64,000 nt of DNA from NCBI GenBank assembly GCA_963514005.1, contig OY740811.1:6510001-6574000 (forward strand), written 5' to 3'. Below are positions 50,606 to 61,892 of this stretch, piece by piece (position 1 is the stretch's first letter; each line of letters begins with the position of its first letter). This DNA is from Raja brachyura (lineage: Eukaryota). The notes beneath the pieces were generated by a model that was not told the DNA's origin, searched no databases, and saw only the letters and a list, made by a program, of their open reading frames with translations. Position numbers and translations under genes: made by a program.

Positions 50606-50864
50606 ACCTCATATTCCACGGGTAGCTTACAAACCCAAACGGTAATTAATTTTTCCAATTTTAAGTAACACCTCTCCATTCCCACTCTCTCTTTACTGTG
50701 CCCCCCAATCCCATTTTTCCCACTATTACACCCCTCTTTTGTCCCTTTCCACCTATATCTCCCGTCTGGCTTTACATTTTACTTTATCTGACACCATTTT
50801 CCTTTTAATCTTTAACTTAATAAGACTCATTTTCATCTCTAACATTTGTACACCTTCTGCAAAA

Positions 50865-51330
50865 AGACTAGGCTTGTATTGAAAAGACTAGGCTTGTATT
50901 CACTGGAGTTTAGAAGGATGAGGGGAGATCTTATAGAAACATATAAAATTTTAAAAGGACTGGACAAGCTAGATGCAGGAAAAATGTTCCCAATTGGTTG
51001 GGTGAGTCCAGAACCAGGGGCCACAGTCTTAGAATAAAGGGGAGGTCATTTAAGACTGAGGTGAGAAAAAACTTTTTTACCCAGAGAGTTGTGAATTTAT
51101 GGAATTCCCTGCCACAGAGGGCAGTGGAGGCCAAATCACTGGATGGATTTAAGAGATAGGGCTCTAGGGACTAGTGGAGTCCTAAGGGATCTAAGGGATA
51201 TGGGAAGAAGGCTGGCAGGGGTTATTGATAGCGAACGATCAGCCATGATCACTATGAATGGCCGTGCTGGCTCGAAGGGCCGAATGGCCTCCTCCTGCAC
51301 CTATTTTCTATGTTTCTATGTTTCTATGCT
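50865..51330 (+). mobile_element. CR1 LINE 3' fragment
   Basis: RLGLYSLEFRRMRGDLIETYKIL and a (CTATGTTT)n tail. Confidence 0.9.
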
Positions 51331-51514
51331 AATCAAACTCCTCTCACCTGAATCTATTTAGCACTTGCAAGGATTTGTCCCACTCATTGTCATCTCTTTT
51401 CCAGCTTTCTCTCCCCACCCCTACTACAATCATTCTGAAGAACGGTCCCGACTGAAACATTGCCTATCTACGCGCTCCAGAGATGCTGCCTGACCCGCTG
51501 AGCCAGGAACTGCC

Positions 51515-52105
51515 CTAAAGAGGGATGATGCCAAGCCCAGTCCTTGCTTGTCCCCAAAGACTGGAAAACCGGAGGAGAGAGGTTGCGATGGTAGACGCAA
51601 AAAGCAAAGTGCTGGTAAGAGGAACCAGGGTCTTACCTTCCATGCCTTCAAAGTCGGCTGCAGGAGGCGCCCCCCAGAGCACAAAGTCTGAACTGTGGCC
51701 GGTCGAGGAGAGGGATGACAGTTCACAAGCCAATGTGAGGATCTGGACCGAGGTGATGCTGGAGGCCCTGCAGCAGCCTGGGGCTCGACTGGATCAGGTG
51801 CCGCTCCAGGAAACCGAGCGTACGGGCCAGATGCCACCTGCAGTGGCAAGGAGCTGTATAACAGCAGTGGGGGATGTAAACTATTTCACTTGGCCAGACC
51901 GACCCTGTAACACCATCAGAACAACGGGCAACTTGGACTTTGAAAATAGTGCCAAAACCTGGTGACTCTAATAATTGGCTCAGTGGACAATTTCTATACA
52001 CTTTGTACTTAATCTAATATTATGCTTATGTCCGGCAATGCTTTACTGGACGTTATGCAAAAAAATAATTTGACTGTACCTCTGTCCATGTGATAATAAA
52101 GAACC
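51515..52105 (+). mobile_element. Unclassified repeat with LINE-like 3' tail, inserted in a Penelope fragment
   Basis: Homologous to 40900-41335. Ends TGACTGTACC...GTGATAATAAAG. Flanks rejoin as CCCGCTGAG...TCCAGCACTTTGTG. Confidence 0.65.
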
Positions 52106-52249
52106 ATTGGATTTTTCCAGCACTTTGTGTTTTGCTCGGGATTCCAGCATCTGCAGCTCCTGTGTCACCAGCTATCAGGACTATGTTGGCTTCCAGGAAA
52201 GCACCTCTCTTACTTTCCCTTTGATTTGTTTTGTCATTAATTTAATTAA

Positions 52250-52430
52250 GTGGTCGCAGTGGCCGATTAACCCAACGGCATGTCTTTGGGATGTGGGAGA
52301 GTACAGGAGCACTCAGAGGAAACCCACTTTTGTCACGGGGAGAACGCACAAACTCCATGTATTTAAACGTCAGTTCAGGTCAAGATCGCTCCTGGACCTT
52401 TGAAGCAGCAGCACTAACTGCATACTATTA
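52250..52430 (-). mobile_element. HE1-like SINE fragment
   Basis: TCTTTGGGATGTGGGAG...GGGAGAACGCACAAACTCCA. Confidence 0.7.
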
Positions 52431-53612
52431 GGCTCCCCTTGTTTTAAATAAACAAGAGCAAGATATAAAGTTATTGCAATTGGCTTTTGCAGAATGAGGT
52501 ACAACGGATTTAAAAGGACCACAGCTCCTAACAGAAAGTTAGTGAGCCTACAGCTGAGTTACCTTATGCTTAATAAGCGACATCCACGTTAGATTGGCAT
52601 CGGAGAGGTCAATCTGGCAGTAACTGCATTTTTCTGAGAATTAAATGATGCTGCCACTAACAACAAGAGAAGGACAAGAGGAGATGGCATGGCTTAGGTT
52701 AGTTAGCCTGGTTCAGTCTCAGTCCAAATTCAGCTTATCATCCTGTTAACACCACTTTGAATCAGCACTTGCTGACTTGACCACAACACAAACTTTCACT
52801 GGTTAAGCAGAGCTTCCTCGTTGGCCAGTGTTATAACCAAGTAAACTGAGATCCCTCTGCATGTTACTGAGTTACTCACAGCCCTCTTACTCCCTCTAGA
52901 GCAGCTCGCTACATACTGGCTTGCATGCTGCACTTGTTTTAGTTCTCACTTTTGACAAGGGTAAAAGGGTGTTTAACACAAGAGTGCTTGCAGCGTGGAA
53001 CTTTGCATGACAGGACTGTAGCTTTTGTAAGAGAATGCAGAAGCAAAAAGGCCTCCATGATTTTTTAACAGTTAATATTAAACGGAAGATAGTATGATTC
53101 TTGGCCTTCAAGCCCAGTTCTTGATATGTAAACCTGTTGTTCGAAATACTAATACGTACCCAGACATTTCTTTATAATATAATCTTGTTGCAGGAAATCA
53201 AGAGGAATAATATTGTTCTGCACTAATCTGCATCAAAATGGCAATTTGAAAATTCCACTCCACAATATTGTTCTTATTAAACACAAATAGAGCCTTGCTG
53301 TTACACAAGGCCTGCACCAAAGGGCTTGGCTTTTAAACCAGAGCTTTTTCTGTTAATGAGAACAATTAACAGTGCAAAGTACACAATTAGGAGGCACATG
53401 GGTCTTATAAAGGAACTGCACTCTTCATCGTCAAATCTACAGAGTCTCCAATAAAAGCGGGCACATTGTAAAACTACGCAATTTAAAAGGCGCAGGGACG
53501 GGGATGTATTTTTGTGCAGCTCTCTGCAGATTGATGATAGAATCAGGACTCTCTTTTCTCCTTGTCCAGAGGGGGCTTGCAGTTCACAATGGACTTACTT
53601 CTACCACCAACA

Positions 53613-53735
53613 ACGGCACCGTGGCGCCGCAGTGGAGTTGCTGCCTTGCAGCGCCAGAAACCTGCGTTCCATCCCAACTACGGGTGCAGTCTGTATGGAG
53701 TTTGTACGTTCTCCCCGTGACCGCGTGGGTTTACC
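53613..53735 (+). mobile_element. HE1-like SINE 5' part
   Basis: CGGCACCGTGGCGCCGCAGTGGAGTTGCTGCC...GGAGTTTGTACGTTCTCCCCGTGACC. Confidence 0.8.
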
Positions 53736-53739
53736 ATGG

Positions 53740-54710
53740 GAAAGATGTGGAGGAGTGTGTTCCCATCCAAGTGTTCTCAACCAAAAGTCTTGGATGAAGC
53801 AGGAGGTTCATAACCTACTGAGGACCAAATCTCAGGCACTCGAGTCTGGCGATGCAAGTTCATGTGGGACACATGTTTTAGGATAAGGGGGAAGCCTTTT
53901 AGGACTAAGATGAGAAAATCATTTTTCACACAGAGAGTGGTGAATCTGTGGAATTCTCTGCCACAGAAGGTAGTTGAGGCCAGTTCATTGGCTATATTTA
54001 AGAGGGAGTTAGATGTGGCCCTTGTGGCTAAAGGGATCAGGGGGCATGGAGAGAAGGCAGGTACACGATACTGAGTTGGATGATCAGCCATGATCATATT
54101 GAATGGCGGTGCAGGTTCGAAGGGCCGAATGGCCTACTTCTGCACCTATTTTCTATGTTTCTATGTTTCTGTGTTAAGCCAAGTATGACCTCGAAAAAAC
54201 TATTAGAAAGGCAAAGAGACACTTTTGTTTTAAATTGGAGAAGGAGCTGGACATTTGGCAGCTGGGGCAGGGCTTGTACACTATCACTTCATACAAGGCA
54301 AAACCAAGTGGAAACTCAAGCAACAGTGAAGCATCACTCCTGGACTAGCTCAATGCGTTCTACACTCGCTTTGAAAGGGAGAACACACATGTGCCTTATC
54401 GGGCCACCTTAGCGCCCAATGGTATTGCAATCTATCACTGAGGCCAACATCAGAAAACCCTTCAGGAGGGTAAACCCTCATAAAACATCTGAACCTGATG
54501 GTGTACCTGGTTGCATTCTCAAAAGCTGCACCGATCAATTGGCTGGAGTTTTTGTGGACATCTTCAAACTCTCATTATTGAGGTCAAAGTTTCCCGCTTG
54601 CATAAAAAGGGCATTAATAATACCTGTGCCCAAGGTGAGTAAAGTCTACATGACTACCAACTGGTGGCACTAACGTCGGTGGTGATGAAGTGCTTTGAAA
54701 GATGGTTATA
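53740..54710 (+). mobile_element. Rex1 ORF2 fragment interrupted by a CR1 3' end (about 53870-54170)
   Basis: NQKSWM..EV before the CR1 (FFTQRVVNLWNSLP). NPHKTSEPDGVPGCILK...VALTSVVMKCFER after it. Confidence 0.8.
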
Positions 54711-55254
54711 GATACATAGATAAATAGACAATAGGTGCAAGAGTAGGCCATTCGGCTTTCGAGCCAGCACCGCCATTCAATGTGATCATGGCTAATCATC
54801 CACAATCAGTACCCTGTTCCTGCCTTCTCCCCATACCCCTTGATTCTGCGACCGCAAAGAGCTCTATCTAACTCTCTTTTGAATGCATCCACTGAATCGG
54901 TCTCCACTGCCTTATGAGGCAGAGAATTCCACAAATTCACAACTCTCTGAGTGCAAAAGTTTTTTTTCATCTCAGTTCTAAATGGCCTACCCCTTATTCT
55001 TAAATTGTGGCCCCTGGTTCAGGACTCCTCCAACATTGGGAACATGTTTCCTGCCTCTAGCGTGTGCAATTCTTTAATAATTTTATGTTTCTATAAGATC
55101 CCCTTTCATCCTATTAAATTCCAGTGAATACAAGCCCAGTCACTCAATTCGTTCGTCCTATGACAGTCCCGCCATCCCGGAAATTAACCTCGTGAACCTA
55201 CGCTGCATTCCCTCAATAGCAAGAATGTACTTTCTCAAATTTGGAGACAAAAAT

Positions 55255-55915
55255 TGAGATGAGAGATGAGATGCATTTATTTGTCACTGTGCCAATTGGC
55301 ACAGCGAAATTAAATCGCCATACAGCCATACATTAAAAAAAAAATAAAGAACACAACATGGAGTAGATAGAATTCAACATAAAACATCCCCCCACAGCAG
55401 GGTCAAAATGTCCTACTGTGTGGGAAGGCACCAAAGTCAGTCTCTTCCCCTGATGTTCCCCACTATTCCACCGTGGTCGGGGGCCTCCCCGAGCCCCCTG
55501 CAGTCGCCGCAACGGGCGGCCCGGTGTTCAGGCCCGCTCCCCGAGGTGATGTAAGTCCGATGTCGGGGCTGGGGGACGTCCTCAGCTGCCTGGACCCCGA
55601 GTCAGCCCCCTCCTACCGGAGTCCGGGGCTCCCAAAGTCCATTGGCCGCGCCGGGTGGAGACACAACGCTGGAGGCCCTCGGCAAAGGGCCCCAGGACTC
55701 CACGATGACGGTGAGCGCCGCCCGCGTTGGGAGCTCTCTAAACCAGAGCTCCACGATGTTGGAGCGGCGGCCCAACGCTCCGGAGCTCCAACGGCGACCC
55801 AGGTAGGCATCGCCCGCTCCGTGGTGACTCCAGCGCCGCCGCCGCTGTTGCAGCTCTGGTCCGGTTCCCGGTCCCCGGCAGGAAAGGCCGCTCGGATCCA
55901 GAAGGTAGGCCGCGA
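55255..55915 (-). mobile_element. GC-rich non-autonomous LINE-tailed retroelement nested in CR1
   Basis: GACAAATAAATG-(CATCT)n tail on the minus strand and a GC-rich core related to 44925-45635. Confidence 0.65.
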
Positions 55916-56022
55916 AATTGCACACAATACTCCAGGGCCAATACTCCAGGGTCTCACCAGGGCCCCTGTACAACTGCAGAAGGACCTCTTTGCTCCAATA
56001 CTCAACTCCATGTGTTATCACG

Positions 56023-56871
56023 TAGGGGGCGCCGTCGAGTATGGCTACCCTGCCAGCAGCTGTTAGTCTTTTCATTCTTTTTTTTTAATTTTTAGTTAGT
56101 TAAAAGTGTTTGTTTTTGGAGGTATTTTAGTCTTTTTATGTAGGGGGGGGGAAGGGGGAGACTATTTTCTCAGTACCTACCTGGTCGGAGATGCGGCTTT
56201 TCTCCGGGCCGTATCTTCGCCCCTTCCTCGCGGCCTACCGGCAGTCTGGAGCGGCGTTTCCTGCCGGGACCGGCTGGGGCTTCAGCTCCGCCGGCAGTAC
56301 CCAGAGCTGGGGCACCATCGTGGAGCGGGCGATGCCTTGCCTGGGTCACCATGCGGTGGGCTCTAGAGGGCTGGGACCGCTGACTGCAACATCGCGGAGC
56401 TGCGGTCTGCGGAGCTTCCAGCCCCGGGCGGGCGGCGCTGAGCTTTAAAAACCACGGAGCCTGGGATCTCACGGAGGTCGCCAGAGTCGGAGCTCCGACC
56501 GGCGCGGCCCGTGGACTTCGGGAGCTGCGAACTCTGGGGAGGAAGCGGCCGCTCCAGACACTCTGGGCCGCTGAGAGTGTTCACCCGTCGCCAGAACTTC
56601 ATCATCTGGCGAGTGGGCCTGAAGCATCGGGCTGCCGTAGCGGCAACTGCAGAGGCCTCAATAGGCCCGACTATGGGTGAACTGGGGACGGGACTGGACT
56701 TTGCTGCCTTCCCCCACAGTGGGAACCATTGTGGGGGGGATGTTTTTATGTTTATTGTTAAATACTCTAGTGTTGTGTATTATCTTTATTTGTGTGCTGC
56801 ATTGGCAAGTCAAATTTCACTGCACCAATTGGTGTATGTGATAATAAATGTCCTTTGTCCTTTGTCCTTTG
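56023..56871 (+). mobile_element. GC-rich non-autonomous retroelement, copy 2 (homolog of 3181-4015)
   Basis: Same 5' end TAGGGGGCGCCGTCGAGTATGGCT and same (TGTCCTT)n tail. Interrupts the CR1 sequence GTTAT|GAAGACTAAC. Confidence 0.88.
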
Positions 56872-57265
56872 AAGACTAACATGCCATTAGCTTTCTTCAC
56901 TGCCTGCTGTACCTACATGCTTACTTTCAGTGACTAATGTACTAGGACACCCAGGTCTCATTGTACTTCCCCTTTTTCTAAAATAACACCATTCAGATAC
57001 TAATCTGCCTTCCTCTTCTTGCCTCAAAAGTGGATAATGTCACATGTATCCACATAATACTTCATCGGCCATGCATCTGCCCACTCACCCAATCTGTCCA
57101 AATCACTCTGCATTCTCATAGCATCCTCCTCACAGTTCAAACTGCCACCCAGCTTTGTGTCATCTACAAATTTGCCAATGTTACTTTTAATTCCTTCATC
57201 TAAATCATTAATGTATATTGTAAATAGCTGTGGTCCCAGCACAGAGCCTTGCGGCACACCACTAG

Positions 57266-57690
57266 GGTAATACAGTGTGGAAACAGGCCCTTCGGCCCAA
57301 CTCGCCCACACCGGCCAACAATGTCCCAGCTCCCCTCATCCCACTTCCCTGCGTTTGGTCCATAACCCTCCAAACCTGTCCCATACATGTACCCGTCCAA
57401 CTGTTTGTTAAACGATGGGATAGTCCCAGCCTCAACTACCTCCGCTGGCATACACCCACCATCTTCTGTGTTAAAAAGGTACCCCTCTGATTCCTTTTAC
57501 ATTTTTTCCCCTTCACCTTGAACCTATGTCCTCTGGTCCTTGATTCCCCTCCTCTGTATAAAAGACTGTGCATCTAGCCGATCTATTCCTCTCATGATTT
57601 TGTATACTTCTATAAGATCTCCCCTCATCCTCCTACACTCCATGAGACCCAGCCTACTCAACCTCTGCCCTCTAGTCCTGGCAACATCCT
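57266..57690 (-). mobile_element. Second CR1 3' fragment nested in the long CR1
   Basis: CR1 3' UTR (GGAAACAGGCCCTTCGGCCC) and RMRGDLIEVYKI break the host CR1 between ...WQAA and SGVPQG. Confidence 0.85.
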
Positions 57691-58929
57691 CGCTGCATGC
57701 CATTCTGTAGTGATCCGTTAATCCCTACTCTTTGTTTCCTGTCTGCCAACCAATTTTCTCTCCATGTCAATACCCTACCCCCAATACCATGGGCTCTAAT
57801 TTTGCACACTAATCTCCTGTGTGGGAATTTATCAAAGGTGTTCTGAAAGTCCAGGTATACTACATGTATCCACATAATACTTCATCGGCCATGCATCTGC
57901 CCACTCACCCAATCTGTCCAAATCACTCTGCATTCTCATAGCATCCTCCTCACAGTTCACACTGCCACCCAGCTTTGTGTCATCTACAAATTTGCTAATG
58001 TTACTTTTAATTCCTTCATCTAAATCATTAATGTATATTAACGTATATCTCTCTCCCTCCTTTCTTGAAAAGTAGGATAATATTAGCTACCCTCCAATCC
58101 CCAGGAACTGATCCAGAATCTCTAGGACATTGAAAAATGATCACCAATGCGTCCACGATTTCTAGAACTACCTCCTTGAGTACCCTGGGATACAGACCAT
58201 CGGGCCCCAGCAATTTATCAGCCTTCTGTATCCATTGGCTCTCCCATGTCCATTTTACTTGTTATATCCTCAAAAAATTCCAGAAGATTTGTTAAGTATG
58301 ATTTCCCCTTCGTAAACCTATGCTGACTTGGATCGATCCTGTTACTGCTATCAAAATGCGCCGCTATTACATCTTTAATAATCAACTCCAGTATCTTCCC
58401 CACCACTGATGTCAGGCTAACTGGTCTATAATTCCCTGCTTTCTCTCTCCCTCCTTTCTTGAAAAGTGGGATAATGTTAGCTACCCTCCAATCGCCAGGA
58501 AATGATCCAGAATCTCTAGGACATTGAAAAATGATCACCAATGCGTCCACGATTTCTAGAACTACCTCCTTGAGTACCCTGGGATACAGACCATCGGGCC
58601 GCGGCAATTTATCAGCCTTCTGTCCCATCAGTCTACCCAATGCCATTTCCTTATTAATGTGGATTTCCTTCAGTTCCTCCATCATCCTAGGGCCTCTGTC
58701 CCCTAGTACACCTGGGGTCTTCCTTGGTGAAGGCAGAACCAAAGTACCTGTTCAATTCATCTGCCATTTCCTTGTTCCCATAATAAATTCACCTGTTTCT
58801 GTCTTCAAGGGACCCACATTTGTCTTGACTTTTTTTTTCTCTTCAAATACCTAAAGAAGCTTTTACTATCCTCCTTATATTCTTGGCTAGCTTACTTTAG
58901 AATAACTGGAGGTCCAATACTGGGGTGTT

Positions 58930-59150
58930 AAAGAAGGAACTGCAGATGCTGGAGAATCGAGGGTTACACAAAAGGCTGGAGAAACTCAGCGGGTGCAGCA
59001 GCATCTAAGGAGCGAAGGAGATAGGCGACGTTTCGGGTCGAGACCCTTCTTCCTTTTCGAAGAAGGGTCTCGACCCGAAACGTCGCCTATCTCCTTCGCT
59101 CCTTAGATGCTGCTGCACCCGCTGAGTTTCTCCAGCCTTTTGTGTAACCA
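58930..59150. mobile_element. Young Penelope-derived palindromic insertion
   Basis: Perfect 91-bp inverted arms (58962-59052 and 59059-59149), 6-nt loop, 17-bp TSD TCCAATACTGGGGTGTT. Confidence 0.88.
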
Positions 59151-60189
59151 TCCAATACTGGGGTGTTGACCTGGGAGGGAACTGACATTGGCTTACATGC
59201 TTCCATTGAATTTAGAAACGTTTTGTGAAGATAAGAACCAATCTCAATAGACCATCATCAGCGATCCCCTCTCTCCTATACCTTTCGGAGACCTGGACTA
59301 CCAATAGCAGGTATCTCGAAGCACAGAAGAAATTCTGTGATCCAATACCAATGTCTGTCATTTTTAAGAGAGAGAGAAACAAGGAACTGCAGACGCTGGT
59401 TTACAAAAAAAAACACCATGTGCTGGAGTCAGAGTCTGAAGAAGGGTCCTGACCCAAAACGTCACCTAGTCATGCTCTCTAGTCTTCTTCTTTACGTGTC
59501 CATCTTGTTGCAAATGTTGGCCTCACTGTCATCGTCCGTCCTAAAAAGGACGCAAGCTTCCAGCGACAATCAGTGGAAGCCGTCTCTTATCGCAATAGAT
59601 GATGGTGGTAGCAGAATTAGCTCGGGATACTTCTACTTTCCAGCCCCGCGACGTGGGCGCTTCTGTTATGGGGCCATGCTCTCCAGTGATGTTGCCGACC
59701 CACTCAGTTACTGCAGCACTTTTTAAAATCATTTTCAAAGTAATTACATCAGGTAAAAAACAAAATAACCTGGAGATGGTAAGCAATTGAAAAAAAAAAC
59801 AAAGTCTCCTAAATAGAGTGGACATTGTCTCCACATCGATGGTTAAGATCTTATTCAGCTGAAGGAAATTGTGATGACTTTTACCATATTTGGGATTGTG
59901 TTTATATCCCATTACAGACCCTTGATCCATAGTGTCCATGCTAAATAGAAATGCTCCCCATTCCCAAGATGAGCAGTTGATCAGTTTAACATTTCGGCAC
60001 CAGGCAGGATTCTGGCAGAACCAGGACACATCTAATCTATTTCCAATCAAGAAAAGGCAAGGCCTGATTGGAATATGGACTCAAAGTCTTGTCTTCGTCT
60101 GAGAGCATTTATCTCGTTTTGAGCTCCAAGCTTCCTGAAGGATGTCAAGGCAGTAGATACCGAGGAGATGTTCTTGATTTGATTTAGAG

Positions 60190-60650
60190 TCATAGTCATA
60201 GAGTGATACAGTATGGAAATAGACCCTTCAGTTCAACCTGCTCACACCGACCAACATGTTCCAGCTACACTAGTCCCATCTGCCAGCATTTGGTCCATAT
60301 CCCTCCAAACCTGTCCTATCCATGTACCTGTCCAACTGCTTCTTAAATGTTGGGATAGTCCCTGCCTCAACTACCTCTTCTGGCAACTTGTTTCATACAC
60401 CCACCAACCTTTGTGTGAAAAAGTTACCCCTCTGATTCCTATTAAATACTTTCCCCTCCCTCTGGTCCTCGATTCACCTACTCTGGGCAAGACTCTGTGC
60501 ATCTACCTGATCAATTCCTCTCATGATCTTAAACACCTCTATAAGAACAGCTCTCATCCTCCTGCGCTACAAGAGTCCTAGCCTGCTCAACCTCTGTCTA
60601 TTGCTCAGACCCTCTAGTCCTGGCAACATCCTCATAAATCTTCTCGGTAC
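60190..60650 (-). mobile_element. CR1 LINE 3' fragment
   Basis: Reverse complement of FFTQRLVG.W..LPEEVVEAGTI and the CR1 3' UTR. Confidence 0.87.
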
Positions 60651-60899
60651 CAGCTTGGATGAAAGACTTCAATTGTGTGAAGTCCTAAAAATGTGCCTGT
60701 CTCTTTTAACCAGAGATAACTAAGCACAGCTTTGATAAAAGTGCTCAGATATATTTAAGATTTTGAAGACAACATACTTTTAGTGGCATTAAAATCAGTA
60801 GATTTTAGGAACTTGACAAAAATGAGGGAAAACATGTTTACTCAGCAGGTTATTAGGACCTGAATTTCTCAAAGCTGATGGAGCTGCACCTCCTCCTCC

Positions 60900-61892
60900 A
60901 CTCAAGCTGCACCTCCACTGTCAAGCTTCTCAAGTTTGCGGACGACACAACCCTGATTTAACTGATCCAGGATGGGGAGAAATCTGCCTACAGACAGGAA
61001 GTGAGACAGCTGGCGTCTTGGTGCCATCGCAACAACCTGGAGCTCAATGCTCTTAAGACAGTGGAATTGATAGTAGACTTTAGGAGAGCTCCACCTCCCC
61101 TCACCCCATCTCACCATCAACAACACCACAGTCACATCTGTGGAGTCTTTTAAGTTCCTGGGAACCATCACCTCCCTTAAATGGGGGGCTACCATCGACT
61201 CCACAGTCAGAAAAAGGCACAACAGAGGATGTACTACCTGCAGCAGCTGAGGAAGCACAATCTGCCACAGGCAACGATGGTCCAATTCTATAGAGCCATC
61301 GTAGAGTCTGTCCTCATCTTCTCCATCATGGTATGGTTTGTGTCAGCCACCAAGCACGACATCCGGAGGCTGCAGCGAATCGTCCGATCAGCTAAGAAGG
61401 TTATTGGCTGCAACCTTTCCTCCATTGATGGACTGTACACAGCAAGGGCCAGGAAGTGAGCGGGTAAGATCATCTCTGACCCTCTCACCCTGGTCACAAA
61501 CTCTTTGAATCACTTCCCTCTGGAAGGCGACTCCGGACTGTCAAAGCTGCCACAGCCAGACATAAAAACAGCTTTTTTCTACGAGTAGTAGTTCTACTTA
61601 ATAACCAAACATCTGTAGCCTCCTTTTGCTCTGGTATTTTATTTAATTCACATGTTTAATCAATAATGTTTTATTATTAATGTTTTATTTGTCATTCCTA
61701 ACTGTCACTGAATGTCACGTTGTCACTTGCGGGTGGAGCACCAAGGCAAATTCCTTGTATGTGAATACTTGTCCAATAAACTTAGGTCTCGACCCGAAAC
61801 GTCGCCTATCTCCTTCGCCCCTTAGATGCTGCTGCACCCGCTGAGTTTCTCCAGCTTTTTGTGTAACCCCCAAACTTATTCATTCATTCATT
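60900..61892 (+). mobile_element. Rex1 LINE 3' fragment with (TTCA)n tail, carrying a Penelope insertion at 61785-61871
   Basis: KLLKFADDTTL, KKAQQRMYYL, LPSGRRLRT and AATAAA. Penelope half-arm flanked by an AAACTTA TSD. Confidence 0.9.

Larger units (their letters stand above)
54712..58900 (-). mobile_element. Long CR1 LINE ORF2 remnant hosting three nested insertions and an internal templated duplication
   Basis: Collinear minus-strand pieces: PDGLYPRVLKE/NYRPVSLTS (58218-58742), DFQNTFDK (57672-57875), GVPQGSVLGP/FVDD (57024-57265), 55915-56018, and the 3' UTR with tail at 54712. Confidence 0.88.

Noticed and set aside
55473-56879. Long overlapping ORFs (up to 197 aa) here and at 3259-3992, 44953-45656 and 1197-1794
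   Set aside because: Expected from stop-poor GC-rich repeats. Frames are not preserved between the two homologous copies.
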